Assembly (NCBI GenBank): GCA_951406725.2 | Contig: OX597825.1 | Location: 2,852,001 to 2,916,000, forward strand | Origin: Octopus vulgaris | Taxonomy: Eukaryota | DNA: 64,000 nt | Direction of reading: 5' to 3' | Part shown: positions 40,070-52,935 of the stretch, in pieces | Position numbering within the stretch: the stretch's first letter is position 1 | How the letters are laid out: each line of letters opens with the position of its first letter | The notes under the pieces: model-generated | What the model was told of the DNA's origin: nothing | The model's input: the letters and a program-made list of their open reading frames with translations, nothing else | The model's database searches: none | Translations under genes and position numbers: made by a program

Positions 40070-40233
40070 AGACAGAGGAGTGGATGTGTGGTAAGTAACT
40101 TGCTTATCAACCGCATGGCTCTGGGTTCAGTCCCACTGCGTGGCACCTAGGGCAAGAGTGCTTTACTATTTCCTCGAGCGGACCAAAGCCTTGTGAGTGG
40201 ATTTGGTAGACGGAAACTGAAAGAGGCCCGTCG

Positions 40234-40276
<43 letters not shown>

Positions 40277-40330
40277 ATGTGTGTGTGTGTGTGTGTGATA
40301 TGTTTATGCCATTACAAGGTTGGTGTTACT
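40070..40330 (+). mobile_element. tRNA-derived SINE family 2, 5' half
   Basis: A box TGGATGTGTGGT and B box GGTTCAGTCCC, then a body matching 37048-37135 and the internal (TA)(TG) array. Confidence 0.9.
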
Positions 40331-43300
40331 AGGATATCCCGAAGGTATTGTTTCTTTTGGACAAATATACTTAAAGGGATGTGAGATGAAAGATAAATAT
40401 GATGTTATACACGATAACAAGGTACACACCCGTTGCTGAGAGTCAAATTTAGAATTTAATTATATTGCTAATAGATGTATTAAAAATATTCGTCAGTATC
40501 TAGTTATTGCTGTGATTTCCATGCATCTCCATACCCGCAAGAGGAGATAAACTTCTTACCAAAAACTTCAATTTAGTATTTTAAAAAATACATATCACCT
40601 TATACTACTTATTCTTCTTTCAGATGTGAATATAGTGGAGAGTTAATTAACTTAGACATTAACAGATAGTGGTATTTAGAAGAAATGTATTATCAGCATC
40701 CTTGTGTATTGCCATGACCACGTTTCCCATATCGGTCATAATTATCTCCATATTTGCAGTAAATGGATATTTTGAGGTATGGTAATTTAAAACATTGTTA
40801 TCGTTTGTGTTGCGCTCCAGATTATTTTCAATCAAAATATTTTTTCTCAAGGTATCCCAGCAATAATCAACCACTCTATTTTTCTGAATGTAATATAACT
40901 AAAAATTATGTAACTATCTGCTAAGCATTATTTTATTTTAAGTATGTGAGACACAAACGTTGATATATTCATTTGATAGTTCTAACAAGGTTAATGGCCG
41001 TACTGATATTATTTACTCATAAACAAAGTTTAGAATCGTCTGAAACCTTCCAAATTGAAAATTCATAAGCATTTTGAAAACGAGAAATTGTTCGCTTTAA
41101 GTGTTCTGTAAGAAAGAAGAAATGTATTTATAAAGATTTTGGAGTGAACAGAACCAATCTATTGTTACAAGACGAGGTAGAATAGTTTATAAATAATGGT
41201 TTGATAAATTATACGCAAGAGTGCAATATTATCGAAAGCATGCACTTAAAAGCAATGTTGCAGGAACGAATATAAGTTTCAATTAAATAAAGACAGAGAG
41301 GAACCGAGTTATATGAGAAAGAGAAAGCTTTAAGGAATGGGTATTCCTTTGTAATGAATGAGATTTAAAGATAGTCACGCGTGATGAGTGAACACTAAAA
41401 ATGAGATGAAACTATTTAAAGATAGAATTAATAGCTGCTGTAAAATGTTTATAGCAGATTATAAGGAAAGATAAGCTAGCTAAAGTATTGCAATGCGGGA
41501 ATGTCCGACTAAGATTCATCATAATCCTTTAGAGATATATTTTGAATTACGTGTCTGTTATGTTTCGTGTGGCCTAATCGGTACAGGTCAGCGTTTAAAT
41601 TACTGATCAAATAAGTTTCTATAATCAACTTCTAAAATAGGCTTTTAAATCAAACATTATTAGGTGCTCTCTTTTAATGCCCGGTAATGTAGCCGACTCT
41701 CCAGAAAATCACATCCAAGTTGAAAAATTTAGGGGAAATTGGAGAATGTGGAGCATATTTGACACACTACAAGGGTTGATGTTGTTGACTTTAACGTTTT
41801 TGGCGGCAAATCATACCATAAATTTAGTGGAATAATATTACACAAAATTTCATCTTAAATATTTAGAGCCAACACACACGCATAAAGACAAACACACCTA
41901 TGTAAGGGCGTATACGTACGCGCACATATAATATAACACACACACACACACACACACATATCGTTGCTATTATATGCAACTGTCATATGTCCAAATTTAG
42001 CCAAATGAGTTTTTGTAAGGAAATATATGAAATACTTAAATATAGAAATAAACGAAACCTAATTAATATTAACTTATTTCTTTGAATATCATGTGTTCAT
42101 AGTATTACCCCAACCTTTAAATACTTTAGAAACAGGTAAGAATAAGTCTATCGTACTTTGATTTGGTAGCACGAGTTATGCGGGTTGTCATATCTTTCAT
42201 ACCGTACGCTCTATTTTCTCGGAAATCTATGTAGTATTTCTTGCTAATAACCCATAACACATTTCACATGTAATCTTTCAATAATAATATTATATATTTA
42301 CCCCTTGAATATTGGAATTCCCTTCCATCATATAATATAAGTTTACAATGGATTAGTAAATATTTCACTTCCCTGAGGTATGTTATTATTCGGCCTAGAG
42401 CAGCGTCTTTGATGAGATTTAGAAATATTTTACAAACCCATTTCCTAAGGTATCTTTAATTTTATTTTTTAAAATTAATATATATATATTTTAAAATGTT
42501 TTATGGTATTTATAATAATAACACATCTAAGAGTTCTTTTCAATATACCAATATTATTTATATCATAATTTAGAAAATTATCCTTATTTTATTCTATTTT
42601 GACTTATCCTTATCTCTGTTATACTTTTTATATCATTCTCTAAAGAAATATATTATATTTTTTATATATTTTGTATTATTAAATTTATGTATTTATATAC
42701 ACTCTTGTACATTTGTGTAGCTTCCATAACTTATAAAGTCTTTATAATTTGTTTGCATAAAACTCAATGTATAATACAATATCATATTTTATATTATAAT
42801 TACACATTATGCTTTATAATGTGTTTATACATTTGTATATCTGTTCATATACTTTCCTAGCATTTGCATTTGTAATTTATAAATTATTTCTTTTATAAGG
42901 TATTTTTATATAATTTACTGGATATAGGAAACCTTATTTTAGCATAATTTTAATCATGTAATATTCATTAAATATTTATATACCGAAATCGGTTTAGGTA
43001 ATGCATATGAAGCGGCATACATTTAGTATGCCACTAACTCAATTACCCTATTCGATGCAATATTTTATCTTACACCAACGAAGAGAATATTTCCTTTTAT
43101 TGTTTAAGATATACTATGTACTGCTACCCGTATAATAATCCAATTCCTTTAAACATTCATTTTAGAATGTCTTTATCATGACGTCATATAACATTCACGT
43201 TTATATTGTAATAAAGACATAACGGAGAATATAGAGTTAGACGTCTCAAGATTTCTTTATGATTTTTCTCTGCAACAATTATTTTGTGGGTCCTATTCCT

Positions 43301-46300
43301 TTTGTATCTAATCAACTTATATAAGATGAATTATATTACAATCTTTGAATTAATTACCTACATTTCTATTTAGATGTCTTCAAGGTTTTACCCACACAGC
43401 TGGATATAGGTAAGCGAAATCGTTAGTATCTAGGATAAGTTCCTAACATATCACCCGCGATGATCGAATACAAAAGATGGGAGCAAAAGATAAATATTAA
43501 AGAAATACGATATATTCAAAATTGTAGCTACATTTGGAATCCGATTTACCTCATTGGTCATTAAAATTGCAAATTTACTGTAATGTTATTTATAGTAGAA
43601 ACCTATTTCTGTCAGAATGAATTAGTATCACTGACCATTCATACAAAAAAAAAACAGTGTAAAGTAGAGAAGGTAAAATTGACGTCAGACAAAACGAGAT
43701 ATTCTCGAAAAAAAAAAAGAACATATAAAAATAATAATAATTGAATAAAATAAATCTAGCAGAATTATGTGTATTACGGAAAAAGAATAGTCAAAGAGAC
43801 ATTCTAGTCGCTGAAATTGGAAATTAAAGCTATTTGGTTAAGCTCATAATGTAGATGATATGAAAATTGAATAAAATTGCATGGTAATGCATATGATCGT
43901 TATTTGCTGCCATGTGTAGGAGTATGATTGGTGATATATAATCTTGTACACTGGCGCAGAAATATATAGGCATAAGATTTCATACAGAAGTAGATTGAAC
44001 CTGCAGCTTATGTTAGATGGTAATTCCCGTTCCCTACTATATTTTGGTTGTTCTTTTGTTTCTTGTGTGTTTCTTGTCGCCGCATAGTTTCTGTTTCGAG
44101 CTACCGCTTGACGTTCAGAGAGCTACTGTGATTTGATAAGTAGGTGGTACGATATAAGGAATTCGAACTAGAAAACTCAACTGGAACAGGAAAGGGCATT
44201 GTAAGGTCGTTCTCAAATCTAAATATTTCGCACATGGCAATCAATTTTACTAAATAATACTAGATTTGACTCAGCAGATCCACAACAGCAAGTTCTGTGT
44301 TGCCTTTTGGAGAAATTTATATACGATAAAAATGATAGCAGTAGAGAGAGAATATTGATTTGCCAATCACCGATTGCGATATTAAATTATCGGAAACGCT
44401 GCCTTAGATAATTTGAATTTACATCTGCTAGGAATCCCATTCAATACAATGCTTCAATTTCTACTGCGTGTTATTGTTATGTAGATTATTATGCCTTTTG
44501 GAATATTAAGCTTGTTTCAAATTTAAATTTTCAACACTATTTACTTCAACACAAATAATTCATTGATTTAACTTTTGACATCAAATATCTTATAACTCAT
44601 CCTGTACATATATGCAGAATGGCTTCATACTCAGGATGCGAAATTGCAGAACCATTAAACGTTGAGGATGAGTTTATTTCGTTTTAGAATCATTACGTTC
44701 TGAATTGAAATCTCGTAATTTCCCGTTTACTTCTCTTTCAGACATCGATAAATAATTTCGCAATATATGTCAATGGATTAGTAGGCCATGGTTGTTAAGT
44801 GTAATGTCTCCCGATATCAATAGCGGTCATTTTCACTTTGCGCTATAAAGGTTACATCAACGATGACACTGGTACCAAACAATGTGAGACTTGACCTTCA
44901 TTTAGACGCTCTCAATGATGTTAAGAATAGAAATAACCTAGACTTTGCATTCGACAATACACTTGAAGTTGTTGAAATCTATGATGACTGATGATGAAGA
45001 AATAACTAGCTTTAGAGTTAATAAAGTATCTCCATGAACTAAAAATATTAACCTAAAATATATATTCCTGGCTTAAATTCTGTTGTAGATAATGTGCAAC
45101 ACTTGCAATTCGAACTGTTTATAGATACAGAGAATATTGTTATAGAAACACTCGAAGCAGTTTACGAAAAGGACGGACATTTATTTTGATAAAAAGTTAT
45201 TTTTATTAAAAGCATGTTATATCATAAGGGTGACATAGGTACAAAATATATTTTGAGAAATTAATTCAATGCCTAAATCGAGAGATTTATTGATACTAAG
45301 CAAGGGAATGATACCAGGCTAAAATAAATAATACAGTAAAAAAAAGTATCATATTGTTGGTTTATTTGTAATCCTGTTTATGCCAATTTTACATTGAATA
45401 TGATATTAAGTTTCCTTCTCACTCTCTCGTTCCTAGCTATCTCACATGTAACTGAAGTTAAAGAGTAGGCCAACCATTACAAATACCCCGACGCAAAATT
45501 CCTTCAGGGCATGTATAAATTGAGAATATTATATTCCATTACTAGGTTCTCAAGCTTAAGGGGATGTTGTCTAAGAGACACACTTCCTAAAACTTCTTAC
45601 CGTTTTAAATAATGCGTTGATTACTATTCAAGCTAGATTTCAAAGAATTATATGCAAGGGTCCTGAAAAGGTTAATGCGAAGGTGAGGACGAAATAGTTA
45701 ATATTGCAGCTCATCAGAGGAAAATTACTGGCAAGTTTCTGTCAGTTACTAATGAACAGGCCTAATGAGAGAGTTTCTCTCCATTGCACGTTATCATAAA
45801 TCTGAGAGGCCAAAGGGGTAATTGAATATAATCTATAATGAAGTGGCTTGGAGAAATATCAATGTATGATAATATAAGATATCAAAAATACAAATGCAAC
45901 TTAAAGAAATAAAAATACTTGTTTCCTGAGATATGGTTCTTGTACATACACATAATAAAGGCATGTGTATGAATCAATAATTTTAAATATATAGGGATTA
46001 ACAGTCAGACACATTGGTTTATGTAGACGAATAAATGTGTAAATAAACAGAACCAACCGAGAGCATTATACACATACACATACGCATGAGGAAACTAACA
46101 TGCACATATACCCGCAGATATATCTACGCACACATACGGTTACTGATGGTTAGATACAAAATCACAGATATAAAGCGGAAAAAATTAAAGACATAAAGAG
46201 AGACACAAATGAGTCTTAAGGAGGAATGCATTGGTAGCAAAAGCGCATGAGTATGAAACGATGCAAAAACCAAGAAATTAACGTGAATAGATAGTCATAA

Positions 46301-46789
46301 ATATATTAGCGAAAACAAAAAAAAAACAGTAAGGTTTCTAACCTTTTCAGGTATAAAAAATAAATAAATATATGGTGTAAGGTACAAATACACAGGAAAG
46401 AGTGCACTATTGAAATACAGTATTCTAATTCGAAAACGGTTTTATTCTTTTCAAATTGTTGTCATTGACAATGTTATAATCAGAAACTTGAGGGTATCTA
46501 TACTTTTCATTTTCACGTACATTCATTATTTTGTACATTCATTATTCTAGATTTGCACCATAAATTTCTGTGTAATTTCGCATGACTTTATCGACGTGAG
46601 AAAAGCTACACGACTCTCACCAGAATATTTTGAAAATTTGTGTGTATTTTTTTGCGTACGTGCATGTCTATAACAAAAACTTGAAAGATGTATCTAGTAG
46701 CATTAGTTTTATGTTGACGAGTTGACCAACGGTTATCGAGAAATAGGTCGCATGTTGACAAAATCCTATGATAATGATGAAAGCGTGAG

Positions 46790-46890
46790 ATTAACTCGTG
46801 CACGAAATCAGGTTTCAAATTGATGCAACTGATGCAATTTTTGAACTCGGGCTATGTCACATTAATGAGCGATGAAAGGTCACCAAGGAT
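46790..46890 (+). mobile_element. Possible mariner N-terminal remnant
   Basis: FLNSGYVTLMSDERSPR resembles FK.G..SL.DDERSGRP. Short. Confidence 0.3.
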
Positions 46891-47102
46891 CAGCCTCTCC
46901 TTATATTCATTGATAACATTGTTTTTATTAGAGATGGTATACGTAACTGATCTGCTGCTAATAAATGAAGATACACAAAATCTGTCAGCAAGAAACGTAT
47001 TACAAATTTCGACTTATCTAGATTCATTTCTATGTGGAGTAATTATATGTATTTTGTATATATGAGTGTGCGTGTGTATATGCGTCTGTCTGTGTCTGTG
47101 TT

Positions 47103-47133
<31 letters not shown>

Positions 47134-47529
47134 GTTAAATCTCTGAACGAGGTATAAACAGTAGGTGCATGACAATGTGAAATATATTTGCCACTTAAAT
47201 GTGGCTAACCAATTGGTGTGGATGCTACTGTAGCTTGTAGCCCCAGGAGGACACCTTATCCAGCTGGCTATTGACACACTTTCTGTTCCCTATCAGTATT
47301 TGCAAAGGGAAGCCATCCTTCCCATCGTCGACGATGTATAAATGTTGGGTGAGAGAGAAGGAAAGAGAGAAAGAGAGTCAAATATAAATAGTTACAGTGA
47401 TAGATATATTTAGATACACAGTTGTAGCTATATACAAGTGTGTGTGAGTGTGTTTCGAAACTACTATAGGTAATGAAGTCAAAACAAGGAATGGCAACTT
47501 CACAGAGACGTAACCAAGGCAAAATTCCT

Positions 47530-49000
47530 GAATGACAAATCCATAGAAATGAATAAGTGATTAGAATTTATGCCATGGAAAAGACGAAAGCTTGCGAAAA
47601 GAAACTTATGGAAAATGTAAAGTAATAAACATTTATTACAATAAAAACAAAATATAGCCAATAAAACACTTTAACATATGAAACATTTCGTCGATAGAAT
47701 AACCATCCAACAAAAAAATGTAACTCATGATTACCTTAATGCAAACATCAATTGTGACTATAATTAACATGCGAAAGAATCAAGCACACTCCCGAAATAT
47801 GGAGATATGTGGAAATAGCTAGAACAACAAGAACTACAAAAGTAATATTAAAGTTAAGAAAATACTAGAGGCAATGCGGGACTATAAAGGGGTATTGATA
47901 AAAGATAAATAAGATACACCAATGGAAACTTCTAGAAATTAACCAACGAAGGTTAAAAGTATTTGAGTAATTATCGATATGAAAATTCTTTCAAATACTT
48001 AGGAGCCAATGAACTAGACTGGGTGCATTATATTGCAGAAACGTTTAAGAAAGAAAATTATAGATTTATTAGGTTACTACGTAAAACCGAGGAAATGAAG
48101 AATAAAAGAATGTCGACAATACTCACGTTCTTCCTGTAACAAATTATAGGTATATTTATAGTTTCAGTTGTGCGTTATATCAAACATGAAGTCTAGACGC
48201 AAATACAAGAAAAAATGGAAAATAATAGTCACTATTAAGTATATACCGTTAAGTATACAACGGATACATTATATTTATCTATATTTACCTATTATATTTA
48301 TCTATACATGTAGATAGATATTTTATGCAACGAGAAAGCTTTTGTAAAATAGTCTCTGGTACCCTATTGAAGGAAGGATAATTGGACATTAATACAATAG
48401 AAATTAAATAAAGCCAAAAACGAAAGATATAAAAGCGTTTTCAGTCTTCAATGAAGGCAAGAGGAAACAGTAAAACAAAGTGTCTGAAGTAAGAGACAAT
48501 TGCAAGAACAAAAGGTAAACTACAGAAGAATTAAAAATGACAAACACTGAAGTAGAATTAGAGTTGGCAGAAGTGAAGCGAAAATTGGTGGCAAGAAAAA
48601 TCTTCTGGGATGTCGTCTCAGAATATTTAATTGAATAAAGAAACAGAAATTCCACACCACTATCTTAGAAGCGCGGTGACTCAAAATTTGCTATTGAAAG
48701 ATAGTAGACTATGGTAAAATGGTTATGCAGAGATATATTCAAAAGCATGTAATGTGCATTATTCTATGAGTACCAAAAGAAAACTGGTAGATGAGGAAAA
48801 ACAATTAACTTTGTTACCAATCGCTATCCAGTTTTAGATGTTTTAGATGCCATACACAACAACTTAGTCTAGGAAGTACTAGAGTTAATATCACATAGAA
48901 ATACGCAAACAGGATGCAGAAAATGGCAAAAACCTTCAGACACTCTATACAATCTGTACAAACGTCATTATCTGCTCCTGAAGCAACAAGGAAAAACATT
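47530..49000 (+). mobile_element. Decayed R4/Dong-clade LINE (reverse transcriptase to zinc-knuckle region)
   Basis: Purine-rich + strand. Collinear remnants: LRKETYGKCK (~GCRKGSYGCK), SFKYLGANELDWVH...KKENYRFIRLLRKTEEMKNK (~YKYLG..E...I.H...KEY.RR+R.IL++EL..KNK), VLPV..YSF, GCRKWQKPSDTL (~KCR.C....ET+.H). Confidence 0.7.
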
Positions 49001-49870
49001 AATCTTAATCGCAATTCAATCGGACTACAAAATTTCAATATCAATTGACACCGTCTGCTTGACAAACATACTCTGGGGTCGTCAGTTGAAAGTAACATTT
49101 ATAACAACTACTATTCCTGAAATATTCATCAATCAAATTACGGTTACACTTTTGGAAGTGGATACTTCGTGTGGGATAAGTAAATAGAAAATAACATTAC
49201 TGGGCCAACACTTATTTTAGATATTTCAAGACAGAAACTTTCACGAGGATAGTACATTTTAAAGAAAATATGAGACAGAATAGTTGGAGGGGAAATTATT
49301 GATAAAATACAGTGAAACAGCAATTCGTAAAATTGAAACATAAAGAAACTAGAGATTTCTTCGACTTACCTGTGAACATTCTGGACAATACACAGCAGGG
49401 AAGAGACATATAATGATGAAACAATGCAATAATTATTAAAAAATCGGAAAAATTGGCAGTTTATTATCTCAAAACCTAATTCTTGCTGAAAACAAAATAA
49501 AACTGTGAAATAGAGACAAATTAGTTGGCCGGATTTTAAAAAAAAATGTGTAATTATTTTACCGTTTTCATTATTAGCAGCAAGTCCGTGAGTGTTGCGA
49601 ATATACTGCAATGAGAAAGCTGGTGTAGGCGAGCTTAACAAAAATATATTGTATAAAATTGCAGATTTCGAAACTTATTCTTTTTGGAGTGTCTACAAAA
49701 ATATAATACTGAACAGACACACAAACACGTATACAGAAACCAAATTACACTCGAACAGACATACAAACATAAAAACACACACACGTATAGGTTTATCGGC
49801 ATCTGCACGTATGTTTTTGTGGATGGTTAAGGAAGGTACAAAGCTGCTGATGATTCAATTTATACCTGTT

Positions 49871-50249
49871 GCAAGGCGGCGAGGTGGCAGAAACGTTACC
49901 ACTCCGGGCGAAATGCTTACGTTCTGAGTTCAAATCCCGCCGAGGTCGACTTTGGCTTTCATCTTTTCGGGGTCGATAAATTAAGTACCAGTTACGCACT
50001 GGGGTTGACGTAATCGACTTAATGCCTATGTCCGTCCTTGTTTGTCCCCTCTGTGTTTAGCCCCCTGTGGGTAATAAAGAAATAGGTATTTCGTCTGCCG
50101 TTACGTTCTGAGTTCAAATTACATCGAGGTCCCGTTTGCATTTCATTCTTTTTGTATCGATAAATTAAGTACCAGTTGCGTACTGGTGACCATCTAACCG
50201 ACTGGCGCCCTCTTCAAAAGTTTCGGGCCTTGTGTCTAGAGAAGAAAAG
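49871..50249 (+). mobile_element. Dimeric Meta-domain SINE: head-(core+tail A)-(core+tail B), with TSD
   Basis: Two cores. AATTTA[T/C]ACCTGTT at 49857-49870 and 50250-50263 flanks the whole dimer. Confidence 0.92.
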
Positions 50250-50724
50250 AATTTACACCTGTTTCTCATCATGTATAGCATCGTATTGTTTACATTCATC
50301 GAAATACGGTGCCGGTGAAAAACTGATCTATAGATATAATCTATAGATATTGCGACGAAACGAATCGCTTTAACTCATCAATAATTCGATATTCAAACAA
50401 ACTTTTAAAATGTTCTAAATATGCAAATTTTGTTCTCTAGGTTGTTTACGCCGATATTATTTGTAAATTTATAAATATTGTGTGAACGGTTGGTGAATGA
50501 AATCTTAGAGCTAATGAGAAGTCTCGGATCTGACATAAATTGTGCATCAGATTTGAGGATTCCTCCACGCAAAAATTGTGTATATAAACGTAAATTTTAC
50601 ATAGATTTCTACGCATACACTCATCTATACGTTCACTGAAACACGTAAAAGCACAGAATAATCTTACCACTTGCATATATAATTACAACTCAATTCGGAA
50701 ATATTACCGGAAACATTTTCAGTT

Positions 50725-51120
50725 ATGGTTCTCTGGTTTAGAAGCTTATTTTGAAACCAGGCGGTTTTGGGTTCAGTACCACAGTACGGCACATTGTACA
50801 ACTATTTTCTACTATAGCAGGGGTTGAGCAATGCCTTGAGAATGAACCTCGTAGAAAAACACAATAGGGGCGCCCGTCGCATATATGGTTGCAGGCGTAT
50901 CTGTGTCTTGGTGATTTTTTCTTTGTTTTTTTTTTAAGAACCCACGCTTGGCAATTGTTCTTCGCTTCTTTACAACAACTTACATAAAGGTTCAGCAGAG
51001 AAAAGTCGGATAGAATAAGTACGAGGCATAAAAGGAGTGTTGCGGCACATTTTTTCGACTAAACCATTTTCTCTTAACTAACGCTCTCTTAAAACTGACG
51101 CCTGAATAAAACAAATAAAT
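50725..51120 (+). mobile_element. Old full-length SINE family 2 copy
   Basis: GGGTTCAGTACCAC, TTCTACTATAGC, GCCCGTCG and GATAGAATAAGTAC are collinear with 37048 and 40070. Confidence 0.7.
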
Positions 51121-51133
51121 AGATATATACCTC

Positions 51134-51178
<45 letters not shown>

Positions 51179-51179
51179 T

Positions 51180-51375
51180 ATCCCTAGTGTTCATTTGGTG
51201 AAAGTGTCTAGCAGCATCTTTGCCGGTTCTTTCCGAGTTTCGTTTAACATCGAGGGTGACTGTGCCTTTGATCGTATCCCGGCCAATAACTTAAATACAA
51301 GTCGATCACTACGGTCGATCTCATTAACTTCCAATTACATGAAAATTACTAGACTTGCGCTAATATTTGTAACAT
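51180..51375 (+). mobile_element. Highly diverged Meta-domain SINE
   Basis: CGAGGGTGACTGTGCCTTTGATCG...GGTCGAT...AAATTACTAGACTTGCGC is collinear with family 1, tail C. Confidence 0.5.
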
Positions 51376-52769
51376 ATCTATATATTTTATTTTAGGTCTA
51401 TTTCATTGTTCTGTAGTTCCACTGACGTGTGTTCTGGAATATCGGGGTTTAAGAGTCTGCATTAATTGTGTGTATCTATGAGTGCGTGTGTCTATGTGTG
51501 TGCGTGCATGTGCATTTGTGTGTAAATGGGTGATCGTCTGCCTGTGATTTTGTGGGATTGTATACGAGTAAAAATGTCTGCGTGCATATATATGTGACTG
51601 CGTGTATATGTACACGTTGGTGATGAAACGCTGTTCTGTGTGGTGGATTGCACTTGAAACAAGCATTTTATTTGTACGTTTGGATCGTGTGTCAGAGTAT
51701 GCAAGTCACTAAACCTGTCTGATTTCGCGTGTACTATTGTGGCGATGTGTGTAAATGCGTGTGCATGAAGGGATTGAATGCGTGCAAAGGTGTGTAATGC
51801 ACGTGTGTAAGTGTAAAAGGGACAGTCTTGCAGTGATCGCTCACTCCACCGTCATTCTTTCCCTCTTTTTATCTCCTAAAGGTTTTCTTTTCCCGTTTCC
51901 TAATGCTTTCTTATATTCTCTCCCTCTTCCTACGACTTATCCACACACATCTCATTTCTTAACTTCTCTTTAAAAACTTCCCTTTCCAGCTACAAACCGA
52001 TCTGAAGCGCCGTATCGCACTTTAAGCCTACACGCTAAGTATGTTTGCTCAGCTCTTCTCTTTCGATTTAGAGGTTGGCACATTTTCCACCATGTGAGAG
52101 ATAAGTGCAAGCTTTCACCTACTGGCTATATATTCTTGCTAAGTGTATATGTGTCTATAAATGTGAAAGAATGCACATAAATACATATATATACATATAA
52201 AAATAATTTATACATAGATGTGTGTATATATGATGATGTATATGCATTTAAAAATACATACATACGAATACATACAGGTATACGTACGGTCTGGGGACGT
52301 TGCTGTTGTATGCTTATATATGCGTATATCAACTTTAGCCTCTTCTACCATTAACTTGGTAATCTAGTGGCAACCAGCTGTAACAAACTATATCTAATGT
52401 ATCCTGTGTTTATATTTCAAAACAAGCACGACATGAATATTTTCGAAAATTTAGCCGTGTCCATTACTCCCGTCCAAAATTAATGGCCACTGTTCCTGAT
52501 AAGAATAGATAATGTGATGCATTAATGTGTAAGAAAGGCTTGGTGTTTCTATGTCTTTGTACGTGCGTGGGTATGTGTGCGTGAATTACACACTTGTGAA
52601 TCGTATTCTTCTTATAATTATTTATATCTGAATATACATTATCGCATGTGTGCGTTTGCAGGTTAATATGTGCTTATATATATAAAAATATACAAAATGA
52701 AAAGGTAGATATATAAGCATGTGCACACCTACCTATTCATATACATCCGCATCACCCGCTTCCTCCCTC

Positions 52770-52863
52770 TCTATCTATCTATTTATTTATCTTTCTATAC
52801 ATACACACCTACATACACACACATATACACCCCCCCACACACACACACACAAACACACACACA

Positions 52864-52935
<72 letters not shown>
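52770..52935. repeat. (CA)n(TA)n compound microsatellite
   Basis: Seen directly. Confidence 0.9.

Noticed and set aside
40659-40874. ORF beginning VDYCW, resembling the Chapaev-type ADYCW motif
   Set aside because: The expected upstream motifs (ERFHQD, RYQG) are absent.
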